Below are positions 30,462 to 40,430 of a DNA stretch of 64,000 nucleotides, one piece after another. The notes beneath the pieces are model-generated. The model saw only the letters and a list, made by a program, of their open reading frames with translations, ran no database searches and had not been told where the DNA came from. The DNA is taken from sequence record PP579741.1; one strand, 5' to 3'. Position numbers and translations under genes: made by a program. The stretch's first letter is position 1; every line of letters begins with the position of its first letter. The stretch comes from Enterobacter phage KKP_3711.

Positions 30462-30500
30462 CAAAACAAAAAGGGGAGGAGACATTAGCCCCCTCCCCTT
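30462..30500 (-). terminator. rho-independent terminator or attenuator on the - strand between the D5-like and helicase genes
   Basis: AAGGGGAGG-N11-CCTCCCCTT hairpin followed by TTTTTGTTTTG on the - strand. Confidence 0.5.
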
Positions 30501-30513
30501 AGGAGATTATTGA

Positions 30514-31275
30514 TTACTCAGCAGCTTTCTTAGCGTCCAGTTTTTCACGCTTAGCAGCACCATCATAATCAGCGACTTTAACACCACGACGAGACAGCAT
30601 GCTACGAACACCACGCTCAGTAGTACCAACCTTCTCAGCGATTTCTTTAACAGTCAGATTTGCAACATCCAGACCTTCCAGAACATCAGCACGTTCTTTA
30701 GTAGCCAGTTCACGCTGCTTAGGAATAGCGTTAATACGACCTTCACGCATCAGGCTCAGAGCCTTACCACGAACCTGTTTAACTTCACGGTTGAATGCAG
30801 AAGCGATATCTTCTACGAAAGCACCAGAGTTTACAAGATCAATAAACTTAGCTTCTTCTTCCGGAGTATAAGTACGAGGAGCAGCAACTTTTTCAGTTGG
30901 CTTAACCAGATGAGTCAGTTCTTCACTCAGGATCTTACCCTGAACCTGCTTAGCAGAGAACTTGCTACCACAAACAGCCGCAGCGATTTCGGTATAAGTA
31001 TGGGCGTTAGGATTAGCGTCCAGGAACTCTTTCAGTTCAGCAGTATCTTCGTCAGACCATGCAGATTTTGCGGTTTCAGAAGCTTTCTGAACTTCAAATC
31101 CCATCTTACGCAGTTTGGAACCGATTGAACGAGCGGTAACTTCTTTACCAGTTTCTGCACCCATAGCTTCAGCCAGAGCACTTACCTGTTCTTGAGAGAT
31201 TACTGCAACGCCCAGAGCACCAGCTTTTGCGTTCAGAGATTCAGTAGTAGTTTCGTTCCACGTTAATTTAGCCAT
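30514..31275 (-). CDS. DNA-binding protein (T5 D5-like), 253 aa
   Basis: At 253 aa the size matches T5 D5. It has C-terminal HTH-like segments and uses highly expressed-type codons. Confidence 0.5.
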   Translation of the reverse strand: MAKLTWNETTTESLNAKAGALGVAVISQEQVSALAEAMGAETGKEVTARSIGSKLRKMGFEVQKASETAKSAWSDEDTAELKEFLDANPNAHTYTEIAAAVCGSKFSAKQVQGKILSEELTHLVKPTEKVAAPRTYTPEEEAKFIDLVNSGAFVEDIASAFNREVKQVRGKALSLMREGRINAIPKQRELATKERADVLEGLDVANLTVKEIAEKVGTTERGVRSMLSRRGVKVADYDGAAKREKLDAKKAAE

Positions 31276-31283
31276 GTTATTTA

Positions 31284-32039
31284 TTATCCTTTAGTATTTT
31301 CGATTAATTCGTTAATAGAGATGACAGGAATGTCATACTCTAGAGCTTTAAGATATGAAGAGGAGCTACGTTTGCTCTCATCTTCGCAGATCAAATATTT
31401 GACATCTTTTGTCACAGATTTCTTAACTGTGAACCCAAGAGATTCCAAATGTGAACTGGCGTCTGTCCTGTTCTTGAAATCTTTCAGGCTACCAGTAATG
31501 CAAATGATAATACCGTTAGATTGAGAAATTGGTGCCGTAACATTAGTTGACGTTTTACCAAATTTCCAAGGTACTTCCATTATATCCTTGCCAACAAGTG
31601 AATCTTTCCATGATTTAAGATTTTCACCTGCCTTGCCGTCTGCTTTAACATCTTCCAGATTATTAAAGTTAACAGCTAGCTTCCTTGCAGCAACTTCACC
31701 GATCAAAGGAATACCGAGCGATCCTAGGAATTGACCGAATTCCATTTCTCCATGAAGTTTTTCTTCCAGTTCCTTTGCTAGCTTGTCTCCAGTTTTTACA
31801 CCTACTGCTTCATGCAAATCATCCAGAGTTACATAAAACAGTTCAGAAATCCTTACAAGTCCTAGCTTCTCAATAGTAGCTGGGCCAAAGCCTTTTAACT
31901 TCATCTTTTTACAGAAGTTCTCTAATAACTTTGAGGATTGTGCAGGACAGGATTCTGAATTACGACAGAATAGCTGAGCATTTACTAATTCCAACTTACC
32001 ACCACAAGAGGGGCAAGAGGTTGGCATTTCGATTTTCAT
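31284..32039 (-). CDS. ligB: NAD-dependent DNA ligase, subunit B (Zn finger, HhH, BRCT), 251 aa
   Basis: LigA-type zinc finger CPSCGGKLE...CRNSESCPAQ, HhH (GFGPATIEKL) and a C-terminal BRCT (ICITGSL...). Confidence 0.75.
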   Translation of the reverse strand: MKIEMPTSCPSCGGKLELVNAQLFCRNSESCPAQSSKLLENFCKKMKLKGFGPATIEKLGLVRISELFYVTLDDLHEAVGVKTGDKLAKELEEKLHGEMEFGQFLGSLGIPLIGEVAARKLAVNFNNLEDVKADGKAGENLKSWKDSLVGKDIMEVPWKFGKTSTNVTAPISQSNGIIICITGSLKDFKNRTDASSHLESLGFTVKKSVTKDVKYLICEDESKRSSSSYLKALEYDIPVISINELIENTKG

Positions 32040-32228
32040 TTACTCGTTGTTGCCTCTTCAATTTATATAAATATTATAGCAATAATTTTGACTCTGAGCA
32101 ACTACATTTTTAAAGTATTTGCTTGAGGCTTATTGCTTTGAGAGGTTATCCCGAATCAGTGAATATAGTATATACCTCTGATTCGAGAAAGTCAATTGTA
32201 GTTTATTTTTCTGGATAAGAAATCGGGG

Positions 32229-33194
32229 TTAATCAACTCGTTCAACAATTTTTGGAATAACACCACCAGAACGAATTACCCTGACTTGACATCCTAACTC
32301 TAAACCTAGGGCATTGATATAATCAATGTTGTTAAGGGTAGCTTTTGTAATCCTAGCATCATCAATAACTATTTCTTCGAAATGACCTACTGGAGTTACT
32401 TTACCAGATTTACCTACATCCCATGTTACTGCTAGTAATGTAGTAACTTCACCTTGTTCATCAACTTTGATAGCATAGGCTCCACGAGGGAACTTATTAG
32501 TCCAACCTAAACGATTAAACTCATTATTGCTATTAAGTCTGACTACTCTACCGTCTGACGGGAACCAAGATAATCTATTAGTCCCTAATACACTAATAAA
32601 GCCATGATTTTCCAGCCACTGCATATCTTCGGTATATGTTCCATGGCAACCCACCTTTCCAACTTCACACTGAATACCATATGCTACGAAAGTAAGTTCA
32701 GCTTCATCAATACGATTTTGGAATTCTTTGGGATCTTTAAGACCCATAGCACCAGAAGCATAGTTTCGCATATTTTCTACTGGTTTAGTAACGGTAACTT
32801 CACCAGTAATTTGAGTTGGAACTTTCTGACTGATAGATAATGGGATATTCAGAAGTTTGGCATTTTCTGTAACATCACGTCCTTTAATACCATCACCGCG
32901 AGTTAGTACTTGAACTAAACGCCCACCAATATACAGTAAAGATATTGCGCATCCATCTAGCTTAGCTGTTTCTACCTGGTCTAGTGACTTAAAGGGTACT
33001 TCATCACCACGATCGAAATATACTTTTTGCAAGGAATACATGCGGTATAAGTGAGGTACATCACCAGTCGGACCGATGGAACCTTCCGCTTGAGGAAAAC
33101 GTTTTACTAGACAATCATATTCTTCATCAGAAATAATTGCCATACCATTGTAATATGTTTCCTGGCACTGCTCAATAAAGCTCTTTACGTTCAC
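32229..33194 (-). CDS. ligA: NAD-dependent DNA ligase, subunit A (adenylation and OB domains), 321 aa
   Basis: KxDG adenylation motif (ETAKLDGCAISLLY) plus further ligase motifs. It is separated from ligB by a 189-bp spacer. Confidence 0.8.
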   Translation of the reverse strand: MNVKSFIEQCQETYYNGMAIISDEEYDCLVKRFPQAEGSIGPTGDVPHLYRMYSLQKVYFDRGDEVPFKSLDQVETAKLDGCAISLLYIGGRLVQVLTRGDGIKGRDVTENAKLLNIPLSISQKVPTQITGEVTVTKPVENMRNYASGAMGLKDPKEFQNRIDEAELTFVAYGIQCEVGKVGCHGTYTEDMQWLENHGFISVLGTNRLSWFPSDGRVVRLNSNNEFNRLGWTNKFPRGAYAIKVDEQGEVTTLLAVTWDVGKSGKVTPVGHFEEIVIDDARITKATLNNIDYINALGLELGCQVRVIRSGGVIPKIVERVD

Positions 33195-33820
33195 ACAATT
33201 TCTCCAGCACGTTTTTTGTAAAGTAAATCTAAATGACCTTTAACACCTAGATTATAGCATGGAATATTATATCGAGTGGCTAGCTTCCAAGCACTTGCAG
33301 TACCTCCCAATGCATTACCAAAACGATCTGTCTCAGCATAGCAAATAAGAAATTCTGAAGGAGTATTAAGATCACGTCCTAAAACCTGATACATATTACG
33401 AATGTGTGCTTCTCTAGCAAATCCACGTAAAAATTGACCTTTAGGATGAATACTAAACATTAAATCCTCTGCTTCTTCATAATTATCCCACTCAGAAGGA
33501 TCTAATTCACCCAGTCGACCATACTTTACATTAAAACGTTTATTTGGTACATAAATTTCTTGTTTAAGACGAGTACTACTAATCATCGCCTTTTGTTTGT
33601 GCTGATATTCTGCTCCTCGCTGAAAAGCATAATCAGAACCATCTGCTCTACCAGATCTTAGTATGTAATCAGCACCGTACAATACAACTGCTATATTACT
33701 CATTAAATCTGTAATATTTTCAGGAGTATTTCGTGAACCCACTCCTGTATAGAATTTAGACTTCATAAAATTTAGGTTCCCTACTATCTCCGTGCCATGT
33801 AAAATCTTTACATAATCCAT
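33191..33820 (-). CDS. SLOG / DprA-like Rossmann-fold protein, 209 aa
   Basis: TGVGSRNTPEN...VVLYGADYILRSGRADGSDYAFQRGA resembles the GSR/SG.A.G.D core of DprA/Smf and LOG-type SLOG domains. The true start may be the internal MKSKF. Confidence 0.4.
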   Translation of the reverse strand: MDYVKILHGTEIVGNLNFMKSKFYTGVGSRNTPENITDLMSNIAVVLYGADYILRSGRADGSDYAFQRGAEYQHKQKAMISSTRLKQEIYVPNKRFNVKYGRLGELDPSEWDNYEEAEDLMFSIHPKGQFLRGFAREAHIRNMYQVLGRDLNTPSEFLICYAETDRFGNALGGTASAWKLATRYNIPCYNLGVKGHLDLLYKKRAGEIV

Positions 33821-34025
33821 AGAAAGATGTTTTTACAATTCTTTCAGAGTTAGGTGAGTATATCTCTACCATAAGTTGATTATGTTCATAAGTATATGAA
33901 ACTAATTTGTATCCACTTCTACTTTTATGGTACTTTTGTCCATTAATTTTCTCAGTCCAGACCAAAATTAAAGACTGCCCTATAAAGGGTAGAGGCTTAT
34001 ATGCATCTATTATAATAGGTTTCAT
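33756..34025 (-). CDS. hypothetical protein, 89 aa
   Basis: ORF whose 3' end overlaps the annotated start of the next gene. Confidence 0.35.
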   Translation of the reverse strand: MKPIIIDAYKPLPFIGQSLILVWTEKINGQKYHKSRSGYKLVSYTYEHNQLMVEIYSPNSERIVKTSFYGLCKDFTWHGDSREPKFYEV

Positions 34026-34085
34026 TATGATATCCTCATTGATTTATAAGAATATTATAATAAATTTTTAACGTTTAAGCAAGTA

Positions 34086-34119
34086 ATAAAAAAGCCAAAG
34101 ACACTATTCATCTTTGGCT
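34086..34119 (-). terminator. rho-independent terminator on the - strand after the PC4-like gene
   Basis: AGCCAAAG-N11-CTTTGGCT hairpin followed by TTTTTT on the - strand. Confidence 0.55.
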
Positions 34120-34418
34120 TTGTTTGCTTCTATCATTACTTCTTGCAGAACCTCTGCCTCACTCAGTATTTCCACAAGTGCTTTGAATAGTCTAGAAGTT
34201 GAATCGAGGTTATACGGCATAGAGAAGCCAGCTTTTGTAGGAACCCATTCATTTTCTAGATCCATAATCCAATAGCGAATTCCGAGGTACAGATTGCCCC
34301 GGAATTCTGATATAGTCAATCTAACCTGTTGGCCATCATCTTTTTCCCAGATGATTACAGATTGTTCATCCTCATGACCAACATAGTCTTGATTAACTCT
34401 TTCGCTTTGGTTTGCCAA
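34104..34418 (-). CDS. PC4/Sub1-like ssDNA-binding protein, 104 aa
   Basis: QVRLTISEFRGNLYLGIRYW...PTKAGFSMP matches the conserved PC4 fold motif (..EFRG...LDIREW...PTKKGISL). Confidence 0.55.
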   Translation of the reverse strand: MANQSERVNQDYVGHEDEQSVIIWEKDDGQQVRLTISEFRGNLYLGIRYWIMDLENEWVPTKAGFSMPYNLDSTSRLFKALVEILSEAEVLQEVMIEANKAKDE

Positions 34419-34695
34419 ACGGAGAAGCTTTATCCAACTCCGAATTTAGTGAGGTAATACGACGGATCTTTTTCGTAGGGAGATAGCGGAAGCTATCATT
34501 TGTACGACTAAATACCAGAATTTCGTCCTCTTTAGCGGGACGTGGATTTTCATCCTTGAAACGTTTTGCGAGGTATTTGTCAGTAAAATCTATAGTACCT
34601 TGTAGGTAAGTAACTCCGCGTTCACGGAGTTTCTCATACTTGATATAGAATTCACCAAACTGGTCACACTGCGCAAGAATTGTTGCTTTATCCAT
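34393..34695 (-). CDS. hypothetical protein, 100 aa
   Basis: ORF only. Confidence 0.4.
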   Translation of the reverse strand: MDKATILAQCDQFGEFYIKYEKLRERGVTYLQGTIDFTDKYLAKRFKDENPRPAKEDEILVFSRTNDSFRYLPTKKIRRITSLNSELDKASPFGKPKRKS

Positions 34696-34717
34696 GTTTG
34701 CTTCCTTCTATATTGGA

Positions 34718-35119
34718 TTATTTGGTTACTTTACGGATCAGTTCTGCCAGATGCAGAGCGGCTTTACCAGTAAGTTTTTCGATAATTTCAGCGTCGATAT
34801 CTTCATCGGTAACACCACCGTCAGTCAGAGCTGCTTTCAGTTCTGCGTGAGCAGTTGCCTTAGAAGTACGAGAACCACCTTTAGATTCACCAGATTTTGC
34901 TTTGCTGGTGGATGCAGTTTGTTCTTTCTTAACATAGCAACCATCTTTAGACAGTTTCATACGGAAACCGTTACTAGATGTACCGTAAGCCTGAGCAATT
35001 TCTGCAACTACTTCAGATGAATGTTTTGGAGCATCAGCACCCAATTCTTCCATTCGAGACAGATACTCTTGTTTCATCTCTGCAAAAACTTCGTCAGTCC
35101 ACTTAAATACTTCTGCCAT
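34718..35119 (-). CDS. hypothetical Lys-rich protein, 133 aa
   Basis: ORF immediately downstream of an early-type promoter on the - strand. Confidence 0.45.
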   Translation of the reverse strand: MAEVFKWTDEVFAEMKQEYLSRMEELGADAPKHSSEVVAEIAQAYGTSSNGFRMKLSKDGCYVKKEQTASTSKAKSGESKGGSRTSKATAHAELKAALTDGGVTDEDIDAEIIEKLTGKAALHLAELIRKVTK

Positions 35120-35183
35120 ATTATGTTTATCCTTTATGTTGTTTAAGAAAAGTTTTCATAGTTCGTTTCCAAACTATGAGAAT

Positions 35184-35212
35184 ATTATATCAAGTTAATA
35201 GGTACTAAGCAA
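35184..35212 (-). promoter_or_regulatory. T5 early-type promoter on the - strand (TTGCTT-N17-TATAAT)
   Basis: -10 corresponds to plus 35184-35189 and -35 to plus 35207-35212. It shares a 30-bp element with 23572-23603. Confidence 0.5.
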
Positions 35213-35221
35213 CCACAATTT

Positions 35222-35515
35222 TTAAATTATTACCCAATCGTCCGCACAATGATCTTCCTCATCTAGCTTAAAACTATAAGGTATAGTATCTCCATCCCTG
35301 CACTTACACATAGGGATTTCGCTAACACGTACTTCTAATTCCCCCACAGTACACTTATTTCGTTTGGAAAATAATACTTCAAAACTAGTAATAATATGAG
35401 TTCTGCTAGTTAGTTCCAGCCAGAACTCTAAATACTTCTTATTCCAAGAAGGGCGAGTTACTGAAATAGTAACTCCTGCCTGTGTCATACTCGCTCTGAT
35501 TTCATCAAGAGTCAT
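35222..35515 (-). CDS. hypothetical protein, 97 aa
   Basis: ORF only. Confidence 0.4.
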   Translation of the reverse strand: MTLDEIRASMTQAGVTISVTRPSWNKKYLEFWLELTSRTHIITSFEVLFSKRNKCTVGELEVRVSEIPMCKCRDGDTIPYSFKLDEEDHCADDWVII

Positions 35516-36213
35516 TAGTCTTTATCCTTATTTGCTTGCTTACGTGCTTTTGCTAAAGCCTCATTAAGCAAAGGAATTGTATTTTCACGAGTCCACCCAT
35601 GATAACCTAATGACTTAATGTTAACACCTAGCTCCTTAAAAGGCTTCATGCTACCTAAATCCCAACCATGTTGGTGAACAAATTTTTGACGATCTTCTGC
35701 TAACAACCACACACGATATACATCGTTATCCATTACTTTACGGATTACACCCATGCACTGATAAGCAGATACCCACACTTCTTCATCTAATTCAAAAGAA
35801 TCAGCCATAAGCTGTTCTGGAATTTCAGGTGGATTCAATTCCAAAGGTTTTGCAGGATCTAACTTCTCAGAAAATTTAAGGTTTGCACCTCTGCGTTCTA
35901 GTTCTGCTTTAACCATTGCAGTTGAACGATACAAACGATTTGCAATTTCATCTAAAGAATCACCTTGTAAGTAACTTTCAATGATGATTACAATTTCATG
36001 TGGTTGTAGAGGTGTTCCGCGCTTTTTCTTTTTCATTTCAGCAGACATTACCTGCTGATCTTGCCATTCTTGGATTAGACGTTCCATCGTAGCATTAGAA
36101 CCAACGCCTAAAATTTCACAAGCACCTTTTTTGGTATTACCGTCTTCTAGCCATTTGATGGCTTCTTTGAATTTTTCATCAGAAATGGTATGTGCTTTAA
36201 TTCCACGAGCCAT
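35515..36213 (-). CDS. putative HTH DNA-binding protein, 232 aa
   Basis: N-terminal HTH-like segment (KKGACEILGVGSNATMERLIQEW). Downstream of promoter 36244-36272. Confidence 0.4.
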   Translation of the reverse strand: MARGIKAHTISDEKFKEAIKWLEDGNTKKGACEILGVGSNATMERLIQEWQDQQVMSAEMKKKKRGTPLQPHEIVIIIESYLQGDSLDEIANRLYRSTAMVKAELERRGANLKFSEKLDPAKPLELNPPEIPEQLMADSFELDEEVWVSAYQCMGVIRKVMDNDVYRVWLLAEDRQKFVHQHGWDLGSMKPFKELGVNIKSLGYHGWTRENTIPLLNEALAKARKQANKDKD

Positions 36214-36243
36214 AACAGTCTCCTCTCATCAATTTATAAAACT

Positions 36244-36272
36244 ATTATACGTGAAATTTAACTATTTTGCAA
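36244..36272 (-). promoter_or_regulatory. T5 early-type promoter on the - strand (TTGCAA-N17-TATAAT)
   Basis: -10 corresponds to plus 36244-36249 and -35 to plus 36267-36272. Its transcribed-strand downstream sequence TTATAAATTGATGAGAGG matches the conserved downstream element of the + strand early promoters. Confidence 0.55.
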
Positions 36273-36280
36273 ATACAAAT

Positions 36281-36526
36281 TTATTCAAAATCATCGAAAC
36301 GCTCTTGGCTTTGGTGGTACTGTATTAGTTCAGAGATTGTTCTATAGGCTTTTTTCAAATCGTAAGGAATAGTGGTTGATAACCTAATAGTCCTATCTTT
36401 GTAAAGCCAGTCTGCAATATCTGGAATACGAGCCAATAAAGGCGGGACAACCCTACAAATAGGATCTCCCGCCTTTTTAGGTTTAGAGACTTTGGGACGT
36501 TTATACACAGGATCCCATTTACTCAA
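36281..36526 (-). CDS. hypothetical protein, 81 aa
   Basis: ORF only. Confidence 0.4.
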   Translation of the reverse strand: MSKWDPVYKRPKVSKPKKAGDPICRVVPPLLARIPDIADWLYKDRTIRLSTTIPYDLKKAYRTISELIQYHQSQERFDDFE

Positions 36527-39261
36527 ATTTCAGTCACCTCTTCTCCATGTGTATGGATATTTAACAGAGTTCTAGGAATACCAATACCTTCCTTAGCACA
36601 ATATATTTTAACCCATTCTACCACATGATCATATTCAAGATTATAACCAATACCTATTGAATACAGAACATGCGACAATCTACTAGCTTTATAATGAAAA
36701 CCAAAAGCGTGATAAAAACCTTTCTTATTACTAGAGATGTATTGACGCAATGCACCAATTTTATCTTTAGCTGCTCTGGCTTTCTTAATTAATGGGATAA
36801 TATATGATGCAGACTGCATTAACATAATAGCTCGTTCTTCAGGTCTATTTTTAACATACCACACCGCATCTTCCATTTCAATCTCTTCGACTGTCTTTTC
36901 TAGATACATTGCACACTTTTGTTTTTCTTCAAAAGCATTCTGGTACATTGGAATAATACCTTGAGCCTGTGAAGCCATAATAGCTTCCGCATGTTTAACT
37001 TTCTCGGCAGCTCGATTAGGTTTAATAATATCCCAATCTGCAATATCTGCCTTGCTGAGAATGTCTATCTCTGCACCCTGATCTGCTAACAAATAACGTA
37101 AAGTACCTGCATAGGCTTGAGATTCACGCAAATAACGAGCTTCCATAATTTCTTTAGAACCAGTTAATATTTCACCAATTCCACTGAAAATATCTTTTAA
37201 TGTAACCCCATCAATATAAGGACTACTACACTGTGGTGCCACATAATAACAGATAAACTTAGCTCCACGATCTCGACGAATTGCCTGGAATCGAACATAC
37301 GGAGTATGGATTGGAGTATCAGTTACAGAAAATACGTTATCAAAATACCTAAAGTCAACCCCGTTAGTAACACTTGGACTACAGATTAAACCAGCTACTT
37401 TCTGTTTGAGAAGCTCTTTGTTAGTATATTGCAGAATCTTTCTGTTTACTTTCTCTAGTGAAGAATCACTATGAATAGCTCGAACAACTCCTGAAAACTG
37501 TTCACAGATTACTTCTAGATACGCATTAATGGTACTAGGTCCTTCGGTTGTTACCATTAAGGACTTCTGACCAGCTACTAAAGATTCAAAGAACCATGTC
37601 CAAACTGCTTTAGATGTTGGAACTTCTACTGCGCGAACTCCATCAAGCATTTTACGATCATGAAGAATTAGATCGATATCTTTTTCATCTTCAATAATTT
37701 GAGAATATAATTTGATAGTTTCTTCTGATAAGTCACCATCTGCCAGAACAACATAAGTTGCACTGTTAATTAATTCTGCAAATGCTCGTAAAATCTGTGG
37801 ACGTCTTGCTTCGGTTAATGAAGATTTCAGAAGATCATTTAAGATTGCGTCTGCTTCATCCAAAAACAGAAAATCACAACCACATCCTAAAAGTCTATGA
37901 GTAGAATGAATTGTAATTGACAATCTCTCTACATCACCACTAGCGTATGCATCAGCACCACCATCAGAATATGATTCCATTCCTAGTTTTAAAGCATTTG
38001 CTTCTACTAGAGATACAGTGTTTGTAATTGCAACACATCGTTTACCAACTAATTCTGGAGATTTTAACCATTGAGCTACAGTATGAGTTTTACCAGACCC
38101 AAGACTGGCCTTAATAAACGTTAGTTTATGTTTGGCCGGAAGCTCTTTAATGTCAAGATAATTACCTTTAGCATTTGGTACAATTACATTAACACCAGGC
38201 ATACTAATTTCACGTTTCGCATTAGATACCCATGCATGAACTGCTGCTTTTCTGGCGTTATTAACATAATCTGCGGGAACTTTCTGTTTATCATTATCCA
38301 TTACATATCTTTCAATATGTGGTAGAATGGCTCTGTCCAATGCATCGAAAGAATAACCTTCGGCAAGAGCTTTATGATAAATACGAAGAATGTGACGAGT
38401 ATACCATTCATCACTTTGTTCTGGCAGATTTTCTAACTCACGTTCAAGAATTGGAGAAGGAGTTTTCTGGAAGTTAATTTTTCCATAAAGTTCAAACTCT
38501 TTATCTGTTACTCTGGAACGGTTATAGGTTTTCTCAATATCCCTGTAGTAATCAGGTGGAGTCATTTTTGCACCCTTACGTTTAATAAGGCGAGGCAAAT
38601 TCTCCACAACAAAGGGATCTTTACAACGTTGGAATGTCGGACTAGCAAAATATAGAATGTGAACGCGATGATAAAGTGAGGTATCTATTAATGCTTTCTT
38701 TGTTCCCATCTTTTCACGATACTCATTATTTAGAGATGCAAAAAGTTGCCCTAACTGAATAGGGTTCAAAGCAATATTGCTTTCTAAGAACATGTGTGCA
38801 CGAATACCTGACTTAATACCAGCAGATGCTGAGCCTTGAACAATATATCCTAAATCTTTAGGGAAAATGTCTGGACGTAAGTCATGCAAAATACTTGCAA
38901 TGTGTTCACCAACCTTATACATATTACAAGGGTTTACGGATGACTCTAGGTTATCGATGTCCAAACATACAATATTACTTTCCACCAGAGGTGAAAAAGC
39001 CTCGGATACCCTTCTTAATGAACTTGGGCTATCTCCGATATATCGTTCTCGAATTACAGCAACATCCTGTCGTCCCATGAGTGATTCTACAAAATCAAAC
39101 ATTTCGTCTAAAGATTCCGGATACACTTCATCCTCTAGCACAAACCTAGATACTTTGGGAACTGACTGGAGTTCTACATAGTTGCCACTGTTGTCCATAC
39201 CAAATTGTTTTGAAAACCTAGTATTATTACGACGACCCCAAGCTTTCAATAATGTAAACAC
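36523..39261 (-). CDS. replication-origin-binding-type SF2 helicase, 912 aa
   Basis: Walker A KASLGSGKTH, DEAD-like FLFLDEAD and a helicase C domain. Its size and position match the T5 protein annotated as a putative replication origin binding protein. Confidence 0.6.
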   Translation of the reverse strand: MFTLLKAWGRRNNTRFSKQFGMDNSGNYVELQSVPKVSRFVLEDEVYPESLDEMFDFVESLMGRQDVAVIRERYIGDSPSSLRRVSEAFSPLVESNIVCLDIDNLESSVNPCNMYKVGEHIASILHDLRPDIFPKDLGYIVQGSASAGIKSGIRAHMFLESNIALNPIQLGQLFASLNNEYREKMGTKKALIDTSLYHRVHILYFASPTFQRCKDPFVVENLPRLIKRKGAKMTPPDYYRDIEKTYNRSRVTDKEFELYGKINFQKTPSPILERELENLPEQSDEWYTRHILRIYHKALAEGYSFDALDRAILPHIERYVMDNDKQKVPADYVNNARKAAVHAWVSNAKREISMPGVNVIVPNAKGNYLDIKELPAKHKLTFIKASLGSGKTHTVAQWLKSPELVGKRCVAITNTVSLVEANALKLGMESYSDGGADAYASGDVERLSITIHSTHRLLGCGCDFLFLDEADAILNDLLKSSLTEARRPQILRAFAELINSATYVVLADGDLSEETIKLYSQIIEDEKDIDLILHDRKMLDGVRAVEVPTSKAVWTWFFESLVAGQKSLMVTTEGPSTINAYLEVICEQFSGVVRAIHSDSSLEKVNRKILQYTNKELLKQKVAGLICSPSVTNGVDFRYFDNVFSVTDTPIHTPYVRFQAIRRDRGAKFICYYVAPQCSSPYIDGVTLKDIFSGIGEILTGSKEIMEARYLRESQAYAGTLRYLLADQGAEIDILSKADIADWDIIKPNRAAEKVKHAEAIMASQAQGIIPMYQNAFEEKQKCAMYLEKTVEEIEMEDAVWYVKNRPEERAIMLMQSASYIIPLIKKARAAKDKIGALRQYISSNKKGFYHAFGFHYKASRLSHVLYSIGIGYNLEYDHVVEWVKIYCAKEGIGIPRTLLNIHTHGEEVTEI

Positions 39262-39278
39262 TAATATTTCCTTCCGGT

Positions 39279-39313
39279 GAAGAAAAATAAAGCCATAACA
39301 ACATTATTATGGC
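39279..39313 (-). terminator. rho-independent terminator on the - strand
   Basis: GCCATAA-N8-TTATGGC hairpin followed by TTTATTTTTCTTC on the - strand. It ends the ncRNA-like unit that starts at the promoter 40431-40459. Confidence 0.55.
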
Positions 39314-40423
39314 ATACACAAAAGAACTACCAATATACTCATTAATCGTGGGATTAATAGTACCCTGCTTTCTGGCTACGCATCATGCTGCATTGCACAA
39401 ACATGAAGAAGATCTAATATCTAGTTTCACCTTACTCGCACATCCACTTAATGGGTGTTTCTTAATTTCCAGTATAATCCGATATTTTGCGGTCGATGGT
39501 AGACAAACCTTGATTGATACTGTCCCATAACTTTAAGTGGGGAAGTTTCATGCACTGTTCCTTGTTAGTTATCACCCTAATCATGTATAACCACGCTCTT
39601 GAATTAGTCGACGGGGAAAGCCGGCAAGCATCTCTCCCTCAGTCCAGAACCTCAGATCCCATAGCTAGTACGACGTTTTCCTAAAGTGCTTTTAGGTCAG
39701 TCTTGGCATTCAGCACCGTCTCTTGCTTATCACATATATTCAGGGGTTCGCACCCTTCGTAAAGACAGTTATCATCCTAATAGGTATGAAAACTCTGCCC
39801 CTAATATGTAGCTCAGCTTTACTCCCAGTACTAGCGTGATCAGGCCAATTTTTCCTCCCATCCCGGTCGGCACGCCCCGTTGCTTATGGTCGGGGAAGAC
39901 TCGTGGGTTTCTGCGACTTGAATCGATCTTATCTTCTTCGAAATACTTCTGCACATCATTGTCCCACAGACTTACGAGAGGTCATTGAACGCCGAGTTAT
40001 GTTACGACGACAGAAGTATGCATACGCTTTAATATGCTGTTTTGTTAGGCTCCAGAGGCCGCCGGCACCACCGGTCGATCTGCTCCTCGGACTTGTAAGG
40101 TGTAAACACTCGAACGCATCCTCTAACCCACATGTGCGCTTGACTCTACAGCTTTTCACATGTACTTATCACCATTGCATCCCATGCTCAGGTCTTCAAT
40201 CCGTCCGTCTAGCAACTCGTCTCTCATTATTGGATTTGCGGTCGAATAATAAGTTCTTAGCTCTAGAGTTTCAGAAGGTCGTAAAGCTTTTCCCTCAGGT
40301 CTACTTTACAATTTTTGACTTATATAATTGGTTGAGTATGAAATAGCTCTACGATTGAATTAACCCCCGTAAGTGAGCACGTATTTCATAGAAATTTACT
40401 TTAGGTATAATCTCCTCAACTGA
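39285..40423 (-). ncRNA. candidate ~1.1 kb non-coding transcript (no plausible ORF, GC-elevated) between a T5-type promoter and a terminator
   Basis: Promoter at 40431-40459 (TTGCCA-N17-TATAAT with the conserved downstream element) and terminator at 39279-39313. Read by eye, the segment is about 48-52% GC against about 38% for the surrounding genome. Six-frame ORFs here are short and non-protein-like (Cys/His/Arg-rich). The longest - strand ORF with an ATG near the transcript start is 9 codons. Confidence 0.4.
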
Positions 40424-40430
40424 TACAAAT

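Noticed and set aside
19321-38325. Short ORFs antisense to or nested in replication genes (for example 19321..19773, 20341..20613, 22606..23157, 24378..24674, 25604..26165, 28968..29261, 30599..31128, 31321..32113, 34694..35020, 38128..39181)
   Set aside because: They are nested in strongly supported genes (SbcC, helicase, polymerase, primase, D5-like, ligase) with no independent evidence. Protein 22606..23157 is Phe/Cys-rich nonsense.
39309-40346. + strand ORFs 39309..39530 (73 aa) and 39903..40346 (147 aa), and - strand ORFs 39772..39954 and 39956..40159, inside the GC-rich island
   Set aside because: The translations are Cys/His/Arg/Pro-rich and low-complexity with no SD. There is no - strand ORF with a plausible start after the promoter. 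Treated as a non-coding transcript rather than genes.
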